Below are positions 1 to 8,958 of a DNA stretch of 52,537 nt, piece by piece (the stretch's first letter is position 1; each line of letters begins with the position of its first letter). Source of the stretch: an uncultured Enterobacteriaceae bacterium. Lineage in GTDB: Bacteria; Pseudomonadota; Gammaproteobacteria; Burkholderiales; SG8-39. The notes beneath the pieces were generated by a model. The model was not told where the DNA came from. It made no database searches and saw only the letters and a list, made by a program, of their open reading frames with translations. The position numbers and the translations under genes are program-made. The stretch covers positions 1,432-53,968 of the forward strand of contig CAZOSA010000002.1 in assembly GCA_964582155.1 (NCBI GenBank), read 5' to 3'.

Positions 1-235
1 ATCATCCCGGCATTTGCGCAAACAATCCGTGCGCTCTCCCACATAACCGCTGCCGCGACTGATCGCGCTCAACCGGGGCGAAGGACGCTGCGAGCTGCCG
101 AGACCCGGCGCCGGCGGTGGAGAATCGGTTGCCTTATGTGGGTTAGCGTACCGTAGGCCGCGGTTGTGACGGCTATAAAGGCAATGTCAATGAAAACCCT
201 TACTGCCGGTTGGCCGTGAGCGCGAGGACGCGGCA

Positions 236-1228
236 ATGAGTGTCGCGACCCTCGAATGGGAAGTGGCGTCCCGTGCGCATCCTCGCGCGATGGCATTCGA
301 CGACAAATCCGCCAAACTGGCCGAGCGCTACTGGCAGACCCTCCAGGAGTACCTCGCTGACGGCAGCGAGGCGGCGCTGAGCCATGGATACGAGTTGGCG
401 CGACAGGCCCTGCTGGACGACTATGGCGTGCTCGAAATGGCCGAAATTCACGCTCTTGCGCTGCGACGCCTCTGGGCAACGGCGCGCCCGGAAGATCGAC
501 TGTTGAGGGCGGCAGGCGATTTTTTTGCACAATGTCTTTCGCCCTACGAGATGAGCCACCGCGGCGCTCAGGAAGGTGCTCGGGCGCTGCGCCACCTGAA
601 CGACGTTCTGGAAGGCGAATTAAGGCGCGTCGCGCATGTGTTGCACGATGAAGCCGGCCAGTTGCTCGCATTGGTGCATATCGCGGTTGCGGATGTCGCC
701 ACCGCGCTTCCGCCCAAGGCGCGCGTACGTTGCGAAAAGGTGCAGGGACTGCTGACGCAGGTCGAGGCCGAGTTGCGCAATTTGTCCCACGAATGGCGTC
801 CAACGGTGCTGGACAATCTGGGACTGTTGCCCGCTCTCCAATTTCTCGCCGAGAGGGTGGCAAAGCGAAGCAGGATCGATGTGTCCGTTGTCGGGGAAAC
901 AGACACCCGTCTGCCGCCTGCCGTGGAAACGGCGCTTTACCGGATCGTGCAGGAGGCGCTCAACAACGCCATCAAGCACGCGGCGGCCCGCTCCATCCGG
1001 ATCGAATTGCAATGCGGACCGCACAGCGTGACGTGCAGCGTTTGCGACGACGGCAAGGGCTTCGACACAATGCAGCAGCCGGAGGCCGAGGCGTTCGGGT
1101 TGATTGGAATGCGTGAGCGGGTCAATTCCCTCGGCGGATCATTGCGCATTGCCACCGCGCCGTTGAATGGAACGACGATTCAGGCTGAGATCCCTCTTGG
1201 AGACGGACATGCGGCTGCTTTTGGCTGA
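236..1228 (+). CDS. Soluble sensor histidine kinase (RsbU_N-like N-terminal domain + HisKA_3 + HATPase_c)
   Basis: 330-aa ORF with no obvious TM segment. The N-terminus (YWQTLQEYLADGSEAALSHGYELARQAL) resembles the RsbU N-terminal helical domain. H-box HDEAGQLLALV; ATPase boxes QEALNNAIKHA, DDGKGF, GLIGMRERV. The 3' end overlaps the next gene by 20 nt. Confidence 0.8.
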   Translation: MSVATLEWEVASRAHPRAMAFDDKSAKLAERYWQTLQEYLADGSEAALSHGYELARQALLDDYGVLEMAEIHALALRRLWATARPEDRLLRAAGDFFAQCLSPYEMSHRGAQEGARALRHLNDVLEGELRRVAHVLHDEAGQLLALVHIAVADVATALPPKARVRCEKVQGLLTQVEAELRNLSHEWRPTVLDNLGLLPALQFLAERVAKRSRIDVSVVGETDTRLPPAVETALYRIVQEALNNAIKHAAARSIRIELQCGPHSVTCSVCDDGKGFDTMQQPEAEAFGLIGMRERVNSLGGSLRIATAPLNGTTIQAEIPLGDGHAAAFG

Positions 1229-1835
1229 CGACCATACGATTTTCCGTCAGGGGTTGCGATTGCTCCTGGAACGCGCCGGCCACGAGGTCGCCGGCGAGGC
1301 CGCCGACGGCCATGAGGCGCGAAAACTCGCGCGGTCCCTGCGTCCCGATATTGCGGTGCTCGATCTGTCCATGCCAATGCTGAACGGAATAGACGTCGCC
1401 CGCGAGCTGCGCAGCCTCGCGCCGGAAATCAAGACCATCATGCTGACGATGTATCCGGACAAGGCCTACGTGCTGCAGGCTCTGAAGGCGGGCGCGAAGG
1501 GTTACGTCCTGAAAAACCAGGCGACCGAAGATCTGGATACCGCCATTCGCGAGGTGGCCCGTGGAGAGGTGTATCTCAGTCCGGGGGTCGCTGCGTCGGT
1601 CGTGGAAGGCTATCTGGGCAAGGATGGCGAGCTGAAGGATCCGCTGACCCCGCGTGAGCGGCAGGTGCTGCAACTCGTTGTCGAGGGCAATTCCACCAAG
1701 GAGACTGCAAAGCTTCTGGGTATCAGTTTCAAGACCGCCGAGTCACATCGCAACCGCGTCATGAAGAAGCTGGATATCCATGATGTCGTCGCGCTCATGC
1801 GCTATGCCATTAAAGCGGGGCTGGTGCGGATCTGA
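1209..1835 (+). CDS. NarL/FixJ-family response regulator (REC + LuxR-type HTH)
   Basis: Internal ATG at 1209 gives MRLLLADDH. Acceptor region IAVLDLSMPMLNG; C-terminal LTPRERQVLQLVVEGNSTKETAKLLGISFKTAESHRNRVMKKL. I prefer this start over the 1167 ORF start because it gives the typical receiver N-terminus. Confidence 0.85.
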   Translation: MRLLLADDHTIFRQGLRLLLERAGHEVAGEAADGHEARKLARSLRPDIAVLDLSMPMLNGIDVARELRSLAPEIKTIMLTMYPDKAYVLQALKAGAKGYVLKNQATEDLDTAIREVARGEVYLSPGVAASVVEGYLGKDGELKDPLTPRERQVLQLVVEGNSTKETAKLLGISFKTAESHRNRVMKKLDIHDVVALMRYAIKAGLVRI

Positions 1836-1898
1836 AGTCAGCCCCGGTTCCGTGGACGCTCGACGCACGGCGGGCCGCAGGCCCGTGCCGGATATCTG

Positions 1899-4169
1899 CT
1901 AGTCGCCAAGCCACACCCCCAGCACCGACAGCATTTGCTCCACATTGATCGGTTTGGCGATGTAGTCGGACGCTCCCGCTTTGATGCATTTCTCGCAGTC
2001 GCCTTTCATCGCCCTGGCAGTGACCGCGATGATCGGGACGGACCTGAACTGCTCCAGAGCTCGAATGAGGCCCATGGTTTGATACCCGTCCTGTCCCGGC
2101 ATCATCATGTCCATGAGGACGATGCTGATATCGGGATGTTTCTTGAGCATCGCGATGCCATCGGGACCGTTTGCCGCGCTTAACACCGTCATGTCCTGTC
2201 GTTCCAGAGCGCTGGCAAGCGCATATGAGCTGCGCACGTCGTCGTCCACGACCAGCACCGTCTTGCCCGCCAACGCCGGAACAGCGTGCCAGATGCCCGG
2301 GAGCGGCTGGCGCTGACCGGGTGGCATGGCGTGAATCGCCGCGTGCAGGCAGCGCGCTATTTCTTCCAGGACCGCCTCGGTGGACGCCAGGCGCTTGAGC
2401 ACCAGAATCTCGGCAAACTCATTCAATTCGCCATGATCGAGCCCGCCATTTTTGTCGGCGACCGTGTGCACGACGATGGAAACCTGCTCCATGCGCCCCG
2501 TCTTGAAAATGTCCCGGACAAACGCGAGCGGCGCCATGTCGGTGAGGCCCTGGACAATCATCGTGCAATCGCTGCGCTGCTTGCGCAGAACAGTGAGCGC
2601 GTTCTTGCCCGTGGCTGCGCTGATTGCGTGCCGTCCAATGGCCGCCATGTCATCAATGATTGCTTCCCGCTGGGCCGCGCTCTGGGCTGCGACCAGCAGG
2701 GTTTTGGACTCATGCTTGTTGAAACTGGCCAGCTTGCGCAAGGCATCGGTCAGAGTCTGCGCCCTGGAAGGCCCGCTCACAAAGCCGAGCGAGCCCACAC
2801 AAACAGGTGTCTGCTCCTGTTCGTCGATGCTGAACACGTTCACGGGAATTTGCCGGGTGACCGGATCCTCCCGCAGCAGGTTGACGATGGCCCAGCCGGA
2901 CATGTCCTGACGGTTGACGCCAACGGTGACGACGTTCGGCATATATTCGTACGCGAGTACGAGCGCCGTATGAACATTGGGGGCGATCAATCCCTTGAAT
3001 CCCAACGCCCGCACCTGGTTCAGAAGTCCTGCGCAATACTTCGCGTCGTCTACGGCGATCAGAACCACTCGGTCTCCGGGCCGGATGCTCTGGCGGTCGT
3101 CCTGCGGACCCGCTTCCCCGTTCTCCGCCAGCAGCGGGGGGGCTTCCTGGTCCTCTGATCGCGCCCCTGCAGCATCGCCGTCGCTGCTTTCCGGCTCACG
3201 GCCGAGGGGGAGATAGAGCGTAAACGTGCTGCCGATGCCAGGGGTGCTTCCAACCCGGATCTCGCCGCCGAGCAGATTCGCCAGTTCTGCACTGATCGTC
3301 AGTCCCAGGCCGGTGCCTTCAAACTTGCGCCCGGCGCTGGCGACAGCCCGCTGGAACGCTTCGAAAATGATCTGCTGCTTGTCCTTCGCGACGCCGATAC
3401 CGGTATCGACGACCGAGAACGCCACGACCTTTTCTGCATCGTCCAGATTGCTGTGCCCCCGCTTCCAGCCGCTTGCAGCCAGCGAGACCTCCAGCGTCAC
3501 CGTGCCCTTTGCGGTGAACTTGAATGCATTGGACAGCAGGTTCTGAAGAATCTGCCGCAGGCGCTTTACATCGGTCTGGATCGTGGCAGGCAGCCCTTTG
3601 TCCACCGATATCCTGAACTCGAGGCCCCTGGCCCGGGCGACTTCCAGGAACGCGCGTTGCAGGTAGACCTGCAGTTCAGCGATGTTCTCGCGGGTGATGT
3701 GCAGCATGGTCGTGCCGGATTCGACCTTGGACAGGTCAAGAATGTCATCGGTCAACATCAGGAGATCGTTGCCCGACATACGGATGGTCTGGGCGTACTC
3801 GACCTGTTTCGGTGTGAGATTGCCGGCCGCGTTGTCGGCCAGCAGCTGCGCCAGGATGAGCAGACTGTTCAACGGCGTCCTCAGCTCGTGGGACATGTTG
3901 GCAAGAAATTCCGACTTGTATTTCGAGTGCAGCGCCAACTGCGCCACTTTCTGTCCGAGCGCCACCCCGGCCGCCTTGCTTTTCGCGAATTCCGCTGCCA
4001 TGGCAGCATGCATTTCAACAATGTCGTTGAACACGGCCGCGATTTCACCGTCTGGTCCCTCAGGATCCATCGACAGGCGAACGGCAAAATCACCCTCCCT
4101 GAGCGCGCGTAGCGCCCTCAGAATTTCTCCGTAGTCGGATATCGGTCGCGAAATCTTCAAAACTGGCAA
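1899..4169 (-). CDS. Hybrid sensor histidine kinase/response regulator
   Basis: 756-aa ORF. HAMP-like GDFAVRL...GEIAAVFNDIV at the N-terminus; H-box FLANMSHELRTPLNS; ATPase boxes DTGIGV and GTGLGLTIS. Two receiver-like segments appear to lack the acceptor Asp by my alignment. Canonical C-terminal receiver (VLVVDDD ... IVLMDMMMPGQDG ... AKP). Confidence 0.85.
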   Translation of the reverse strand: MPVLKISRPISDYGEILRALRALREGDFAVRLSMDPEGPDGEIAAVFNDIVEMHAAMAAEFAKSKAAGVALGQKVAQLALHSKYKSEFLANMSHELRTPLNSLLILAQLLADNAAGNLTPKQVEYAQTIRMSGNDLLMLTDDILDLSKVESGTTMLHITRENIAELQVYLQRAFLEVARARGLEFRISVDKGLPATIQTDVKRLRQILQNLLSNAFKFTAKGTVTLEVSLAASGWKRGHSNLDDAEKVVAFSVVDTGIGVAKDKQQIIFEAFQRAVASAGRKFEGTGLGLTISAELANLLGGEIRVGSTPGIGSTFTLYLPLGREPESSDGDAAGARSEDQEAPPLLAENGEAGPQDDRQSIRPGDRVVLIAVDDAKYCAGLLNQVRALGFKGLIAPNVHTALVLAYEYMPNVVTVGVNRQDMSGWAIVNLLREDPVTRQIPVNVFSIDEQEQTPVCVGSLGFVSGPSRAQTLTDALRKLASFNKHESKTLLVAAQSAAQREAIIDDMAAIGRHAISAATGKNALTVLRKQRSDCTMIVQGLTDMAPLAFVRDIFKTGRMEQVSIVVHTVADKNGGLDHGELNEFAEILVLKRLASTEAVLEEIARCLHAAIHAMPPGQRQPLPGIWHAVPALAGKTVLVVDDDVRSSYALASALERQDMTVLSAANGPDGIAMLKKHPDISIVLMDMMMPGQDGYQTMGLIRALEQFRSVPIIAVTARAMKGDCEKCIKAGASDYIAKPINVEQMLSVLGVWLGD

Positions 4170-4243
4170 GGCCGCTTCCTTATACGACGATCGTTTCCAT
4201 CATCGGTTGGTGCCGGCGGCACATGAGCAGGACATCGCGTCAG

Positions 4244-4675
4244 TCAATGCTGCTGGCCGCGGGACTCCTGCATCAGATCCTTGAGGACCGTCAACACCTC
4301 TTCAATTTCGCTCGATTTGTCAAAAAAATAATCCGCACCCTGGCTGAGACATTTCTGCCGGTTTTCGGGTGTCGGAAAGTTCGTCAGCATGATGATCTTC
4401 GGGGGCTGCCGGGTCTTCTTCACGTCCTCGATCAGGTCCATCCCGCTTCGCCTGGGCATGCGTACATCGACGATCGCCACGTCGGGCTCCATTGCTTTTA
4501 CCAGATCGACCGCCTGGTCCGCGTTGTCCGCCTGCGCCACGATTTCAATGCCCTCGACTTCAGCGAGAAGCTCCGCGAGCCGCACCCGTATTATCGGCGA
4601 ATCATCTACGATCAGGACCTTCATGGTGGAGATACAGGCTACCCCTTTGCGCAGCCGCGTGCTGTCCGCAGGCAT
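4244..4675 (-). CDS. Single-domain CheY-like response regulator
   Basis: MKVLIVDDSPIIR ... VAIVDVRMPRRSG ... MLTN: receiver domain only. The 4675 start has GAGG about 10 nt upstream. An internal ATG at 4624 (MKVLIVDD) is an alternative start. Confidence 0.8.
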   Translation of the reverse strand: MPADSTRLRKGVACISTMKVLIVDDSPIIRVRLAELLAEVEGIEIVAQADNADQAVDLVKAMEPDVAIVDVRMPRRSGMDLIEDVKKTRQPPKIIMLTNFPTPENRQKCLSQGADYFFDKSSEIEEVLTVLKDLMQESRGQQH

Positions 4676-4772
4676 TGATATCGTGCCTCAGGGAACATTG
4701 AACCCGCAGTAGCTGAACCGCTACAGGGACGGGACGGAACGTAATGGCCGAACGGCAGTTGCAGCTACAGGT

Positions 4773-4813
4773 GAAAAGCCGCAGGGGAAGGGAGGTAGCG
4801 CGAGCCCTGGCGG
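4773..4813 (-). terminator. Candidate intrinsic terminator after the NarL-type RR gene
   Basis: On the minus strand CCGCCAGGG pairs with CCCTGCGG (one bulge) across a long loop and is followed by CTTTTC, starting 3 nt after the stop at 4816. The loop is long, so this is weak. Confidence 0.3.
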
Positions 4814-4815
4814 GG

Positions 4816-5448
4816 CTACTCCACCAGCCCGTGCTTGACGGCGTAACGAACGAGATCGGCGTTGTTCTCGATTTTGAGCTTCTTGAGGATCCGGATCCGG
4901 TAAGTACTGACCGTATTGGGGCTCAGGGACAACTCCTCGGCGATGTGCGTGATCGATTTGCCTGACGCAAGCAGCCACATGACCCGGTATTCGCGATCGG
5001 ACAGCGACTCGTGCGCAAGCCCTTCCGATCCCTCTTCGAGTTCCAGCGCCAGCTTTTCCGCAAGCGCTGCGCTGACGTACTTCTTGCCGCTGACGGCCTT
5101 CCTGATCGCGACCGTCAACTCCTCCGAAGCGGACTCCTTGCTGATGTAGCCCGCGGCCCCGGCGCGCAGCGCCGAGATCGCGATCGCCTCTTCCGGGTGC
5201 ATGCTGAGGACGAGAACCGGGCGCTTGGGGTGCGATTTCTGGATCTTCTTCAGAACCTGCAGACCGTTCCCGCCGGGCATCGAGTAATCCAGGATCAGCA
5301 CGTGCCAGTCGAGATCGTGCACGGCTTGCAGTGTCTCGCCGAAGTTCGCGGCTTCGCCGACCACCAGCATGTCGGTTTCCGCGGCAAGTATCTGCTTCAC
5401 TCCCTGGCGGACCACCGCGTGATCGTCCGCAATGATGATGTTCGTCAC
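4816..5448 (-). CDS. NarL/FixJ-family response regulator (REC + LuxR-type HTH)
   Basis: NIIIADDHAVVRQG ... VLILDYSMPGGNG ... LSDREYRVMWLLASGKSITHIAEELSLSPNTVSTYRIRILKKL. The start lies 1 nt downstream of the stop of the upstream kinase gene. Confidence 0.88.
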   Translation of the reverse strand: MTNIIIADDHAVVRQGVKQILAAETDMLVVGEAANFGETLQAVHDLDWHVLILDYSMPGGNGLQVLKKIQKSHPKRPVLVLSMHPEEAIAISALRAGAAGYISKESASEELTVAIRKAVSGKKYVSAALAEKLALELEEGSEGLAHESLSDREYRVMWLLASGKSITHIAEELSLSPNTVSTYRIRILKKLKIENNADLVRYAVKHGLVE

Positions 5449-5449
5449 A

Positions 5450-6664
5450 CTATATTTTCGCAGAGTTCATGGCCTGCAGTTGCAGCGGCAATGAAAGCCT
5501 GATGCTGGTTCCCCTGCCGTCGACCCCTTCAATCCCGACCTTGCCTCCCAGGAGAAGCGCGCGCTCACGCACGCCGAGCAGGCCGAGTGCTTTCGGACTG
5601 CGCAGGGCGGCCGGCGAGATTCCCAGGCCATTGTCGAGCACGCTCAGCAGGAGGTGCCCGGCATCCAGGCGCAGCTGGATGTCCACCCTGGTCGCCCTGG
5701 CATGGCGCGCGATGTTGGTCATGGCCTCCTGGAAGATCCGGAAAACGGCGGTCGAGCGTTCCTGGTCCATGACGAACTGCTCTTCGGGCAGGTCAACCTT
5801 GCAGCGGACGCCCGTGCGGGCCTGAAATTCCCGCGCCTGCCATTTGATGGCGCCCGGCAGCCCGACATCGTCCAGCACCTGGGGTCTGAGGTCCGAGGCG
5901 ATCCTGCGCACGGATTGAATCGTGTCGTCGATGAGCCGGAACATCGACCTGATCTTCCCGGCCGCCTCCGTGAGATCCCCGGGCAGTCGTTTCTCCAGCC
6001 ACGACAGATCCATTTTCAGGCCGGTCAAGGCCTGCCCCATCTGGTCGTGAATCTCGCGCGCGATGCTGGTTCTCTCCTCTTCGCGCACAGACTGGATGTG
6101 CGCGGCCAATGCGCGGAACTTTTGTTCGGAATTGCGCAGATCCTCCTCGATGGTCTTGCGCTCGGAGATTTCCCTGCCGAGTGCCGCGTTGTTTCTGTAC
6201 AGGTCGACGAAAACGGAGATCTTGGCGCTTAGGATTTCCGGCACCAGGGGCTTCGGGAGATAGTCCGCGACCCCCGCTTCGCAGCCTCGAAAGCCGGATG
6301 CCGTGTCCTCGTTGGTGCCGGTAAGAAATATGATCGGCGTGGCTCGCGATCGCTCGCATTGCCGGATCAGCCTTGCCGTGGCGAGGCCATCCAGATCCGG
6401 CATCCGCTCGCTCAGAAAAATGACGGCGTAATCCGTCTCCTGCACGCGTTTCAAGGCTGCCCTTGCGGTTGCCTCGGTCACGAAGTCCAGACCCTGGCTG
6501 GCGAGGATCTCCGCGAACGCCTGGAGCGTCCGGGCATCGTCCTCCACGACCAGGACGCTCGATTTCAGCGGGCTGACCACGATCCCCGATCGCTTCACTC
6601 CAGCGTCGGCGCTCGCAGTAACTACGTCACCCACAAAAGACATTTTCTCTGCTCCGGTGTGCAT
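5450..6664 (-). CDS. Receiver-domain histidine kinase (REC-like + coiled coil + HisKA_3 + HATPase_c)
   Basis: 404-aa ORF. The N-terminal receiver fold (VLVVEDD ... IFLSERMPDLDG) has Ser where the acceptor Asp is expected. H-box REIHDQMGQALTGL; ATPase boxes FQEAMTNIARHA, DNGLGI, GLLGVRERA. Paralogue of 48750-49880. Confidence 0.85.
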   Translation of the reverse strand: MHTGAEKMSFVGDVVTASADAGVKRSGIVVSPLKSSVLVVEDDARTLQAFAEILASQGLDFVTEATARAALKRVQETDYAVIFLSERMPDLDGLATARLIRQCERSRATPIIFLTGTNEDTASGFRGCEAGVADYLPKPLVPEILSAKISVFVDLYRNNAALGREISERKTIEEDLRNSEQKFRALAAHIQSVREEERTSIAREIHDQMGQALTGLKMDLSWLEKRLPGDLTEAAGKIRSMFRLIDDTIQSVRRIASDLRPQVLDDVGLPGAIKWQAREFQARTGVRCKVDLPEEQFVMDQERSTAVFRIFQEAMTNIARHARATRVDIQLRLDAGHLLLSVLDNGLGISPAALRSPKALGLLGVRERALLLGGKVGIEGVDGRGTSIRLSLPLQLQAMNSAKI

Positions 6665-6697
6665 AAAGTCACTTGTCGCTGATAAACGACATCACTT

Positions 6698-6797
6698 TAG
6701 TTGTATAACTACTTCTGTGTCAACGAGTATTGTGTTAAGGTCTGTCCTCTCAACTACAGCGCTGTAGTTCAATAGCTACATATTGAACGATAGCTAT
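6698..6797. promoter_or_regulatory. Cluster of inverted repeats (candidate operator) in the AT-rich divergent intergenic region
   Basis: TAGTT-N4-AACTA at 6698-6711. Perfect 18-bp palindrome AACTACAGCGCTGTAGTT at 6752-6769. ATAGCTA-N12-TAGCTAT at 6772-6797. All lie 30-130 bp upstream of the ATG at 6830. Confidence 0.45.
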
Positions 6798-6829
6798 CTG
6801 TTTGTGAACGCTTATTTGGAGGCCGACCC

Positions 6830-7771
6830 ATGTCCTCGACCATCGTTACCCCACTGACCCGGCTTGGCACGGATTCGGTCGTTCCCGCGCGCTTCGCCGG
6901 CGCGATTCGACCAACTGCGATTGCGGCGCTCCTGGCTGCGCTCTCCTTGATCGCCGCGTGCGGCGGTGGGGGCGGGGAGGGAGGAGGCGGGAGTACAGAT
7001 GGGAGTGTTTCTGCGCCATCCGATGGCACAGTATCGCGCACAGCCGCAATTCCTTCCGGCGCCGCATTTTCCTGTGACTTCGCGAACGGGTGGCAGAACT
7101 GCGAATTCTCGGAACAGGCGAAAGTGCCGGGCCGCGCGACGATGGTAAGTGTCGCGGGAGTGAATGCCGTTCGCCTGCATACCGAACCCGGCGACAACAA
7201 TGTTGTCGGAAGTGGCACAGCCGAGCGCAACGATCTCACCACCAGTCAGGCGACGACCGACGGCTACGAGGGCAAAACGCACTGGTGGGCGCACTCGGTG
7301 CTGTTCCCCGATGACTACGTCGATCCGCCCATCAGCGGCGCGACATGGAACTGGGGCCTTGTCGCCGATTTCCACAACACCACGAGCGGTGCCTGGCAGG
7401 CCAATTTCCAGGTGCAAGCAATGCCCACCGCAGCGATTTCTCCGGGCTATCCGACCGGGCTCAGCTTCAAGATCGCCTACGGCAACCAGACCAGCCCGAC
7501 GGAACAGGTCGTCCCCATCGGCCCGGTCGTGAGAAACGTGTGGTACAACTTCGTCTACCACGTGAAGTGGTCTTCGGGCCCGGACGGCTTCTTCAATGCG
7601 TGGGTCAATGGCGTGCAGATGATGGCTTACCGCGGTCCAACGCTGTACGCAGGCCAGGGTGTCTACTTGAAGCTCGCCAACTATCACACGGCGTTCGGGC
7701 AACCCTCGTCAGTCATTCACGCCCGCGTGATCCGAAGCAACACGCCGCTCGATATTTCCGCAGGACTATAA
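6830..7771 (+). CDS. Secreted lipoprotein with polysaccharide-lyase-like jelly-roll domain (PF14099-type pattern)
   Basis: 313-aa ORF with GGAGG 7 nt upstream. Lipobox LIAAC followed by a Gly-rich linker. Pattern HWWAHS..WNWG..DFH..WYNFVYHVKWSSGPDGFFNAWVNG..YLKLANYH. Paralogue of 24985-25803. Confidence 0.6.
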   Translation: MSSTIVTPLTRLGTDSVVPARFAGAIRPTAIAALLAALSLIAACGGGGGEGGGGSTDGSVSAPSDGTVSRTAAIPSGAAFSCDFANGWQNCEFSEQAKVPGRATMVSVAGVNAVRLHTEPGDNNVVGSGTAERNDLTTSQATTDGYEGKTHWWAHSVLFPDDYVDPPISGATWNWGLVADFHNTTSGAWQANFQVQAMPTAAISPGYPTGLSFKIAYGNQTSPTEQVVPIGPVVRNVWYNFVYHVKWSSGPDGFFNAWVNGVQMMAYRGPTLYAGQGVYLKLANYHTAFGQPSSVIHARVIRSNTPLDISAGL

Positions 7772-7780
7772 GGACTTCCC

Positions 7781-7924
7781 CTAAACGATACAGATCACGG
7801 GCTCTTGGCTGCAGTAGGGCCGCGCGTAGAGTTCCAGCACGTCGTACATCCGCTGACGGCATTTCTCGGTCTGGGTGCCGATACACCACATCAGTTTGTG
7901 CCAGGGCTTGAGTAGGTATTTATT
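7781..7924 (-). pseudogene. IS630-family transposase remnant (internal fragment only)
   Basis: The translation LKPWHKLMWCIGTQTEKCRQRMYDVLELYARPYCSQEPVIC matches the conserved LKPW..WCI....MEDVLDLY.RPYDP..PVVC block of IS630 transposases. No DDE region, no N-terminal HTH and no terminal repeats were seen. Confidence 0.55.
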
Positions 7925-7934
7925 AGCAGCCGGC

Positions 7935-8930
7935 CTAGGCTGTCCCACCCGAAACCACAGTCGGGCCAGACATCGTGGGGCGCGCCTGCGTAGTCTTTCG
8001 TGCCTGGATAAAAAGCTCACAGCAATTCAGATCGTCGTCAGAGAGTTTCTGCCAGCGTGCGGCCAACTGCGCACGGGAAATCCCGTCCCTTGCGTGCCTC
8101 TGGATTTGGCAGATGATTTCAAACCCGTTCCGAAGCATCATTTCTATATGGGCGGAACAAGGTTGACGATTGATGAAGAAGGCTCGTTTCCCCAGAGCAA
8201 TCTTCCAGAAGAGCTCGGAGTGAGTCCTATATCCATTCCACTTCTCCGCCAAGCCGTGTGCCGTAAAGTCGATCTGGTGTGACATCAGCCCGCCTGGTTT
8301 GAGCCAGGATGCGAGCGCTTCATACGTGGTCGGCAAGTCCTCGACGTGCTCCAGCACCGAATGCGATATGACTACATCAACGCTGCCGCTCTTGATCACG
8401 CTCGCATCCGACCACGGGACCATGTATTGAATGGATATAAGGTCGCTCTTCTGCCCAGGTGAAAGAATGGCATTTCGTATGGCAGCAACCCGTTTGGAGG
8501 AAAGAGATTTCTCCAGGAGATCGTTGGTGAGAATGTGGCTGGGGAAAAGACCGGCGCCCAGATACTGGTCAAGGTCCGGCCAACCCTTTACTGGCCTGGG
8601 CTGCCGTGCTTTGAAGAGCTCGACAAGCTCATCGAGAATCTGCACGTTCCGGGTCGGATTGGAGAATCGCAAAACATCCAGCGCATAGTACGTGTCGACA
8701 CCGGACAGTATTGCAGCCAACCCCGTACCGATTGAATCGCCTGGACCAAGTTCGGCGACAATGCTCGGAAGGCGTCCGAGGCCGTTCTCCCGCAACATGG
8801 CCAGATGCTTGAGCCAGACGCCATAGCAATAACCGGCGGAATCTGTTCCTCCAGTGCCGCGCTGAGGCATGAGCTTCAAGGCGCCCGGGATGTAACTTAG
8901 TGCGCCTTTGAGCACGGTTCTCGCTCTCAT
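7935..8930 (-). CDS. Class I SAM-dependent methyltransferase
   Basis: 331-aa ORF. SAM motif I VAELGPGDSIGTG, then YALDV and VDVVISHSVLEHV. GC content is visibly lower than in the neighbours (31/60 and 32/60 in two hand-counted lines). Confidence 0.7.
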   Translation of the reverse strand: MRARTVLKGALSYIPGALKLMPQRGTGGTDSAGYCYGVWLKHLAMLRENGLGRLPSIVAELGPGDSIGTGLAAILSGVDTYYALDVLRFSNPTRNVQILDELVELFKARQPRPVKGWPDLDQYLGAGLFPSHILTNDLLEKSLSSKRVAAIRNAILSPGQKSDLISIQYMVPWSDASVIKSGSVDVVISHSVLEHVEDLPTTYEALASWLKPGGLMSHQIDFTAHGLAEKWNGYRTHSELFWKIALGKRAFFINRQPCSAHIEMMLRNGFEIICQIQRHARDGISRAQLAARWQKLSDDDLNCCELFIQARKTTQARPTMSGPTVVSGGTA

Positions 8931-8958
8931 GACAATCCTTCAATCCGCAAGTGCGCCC

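Noticed and set aside
38-142. 9-bp inverted repeat CCCACATAA / TTATGTGGG separated by about 87 bp upstream of the first kinase gene
   Set aside because: The arms are short and widely spaced at the truncated window edge. This could be chance, and no associated feature was found.
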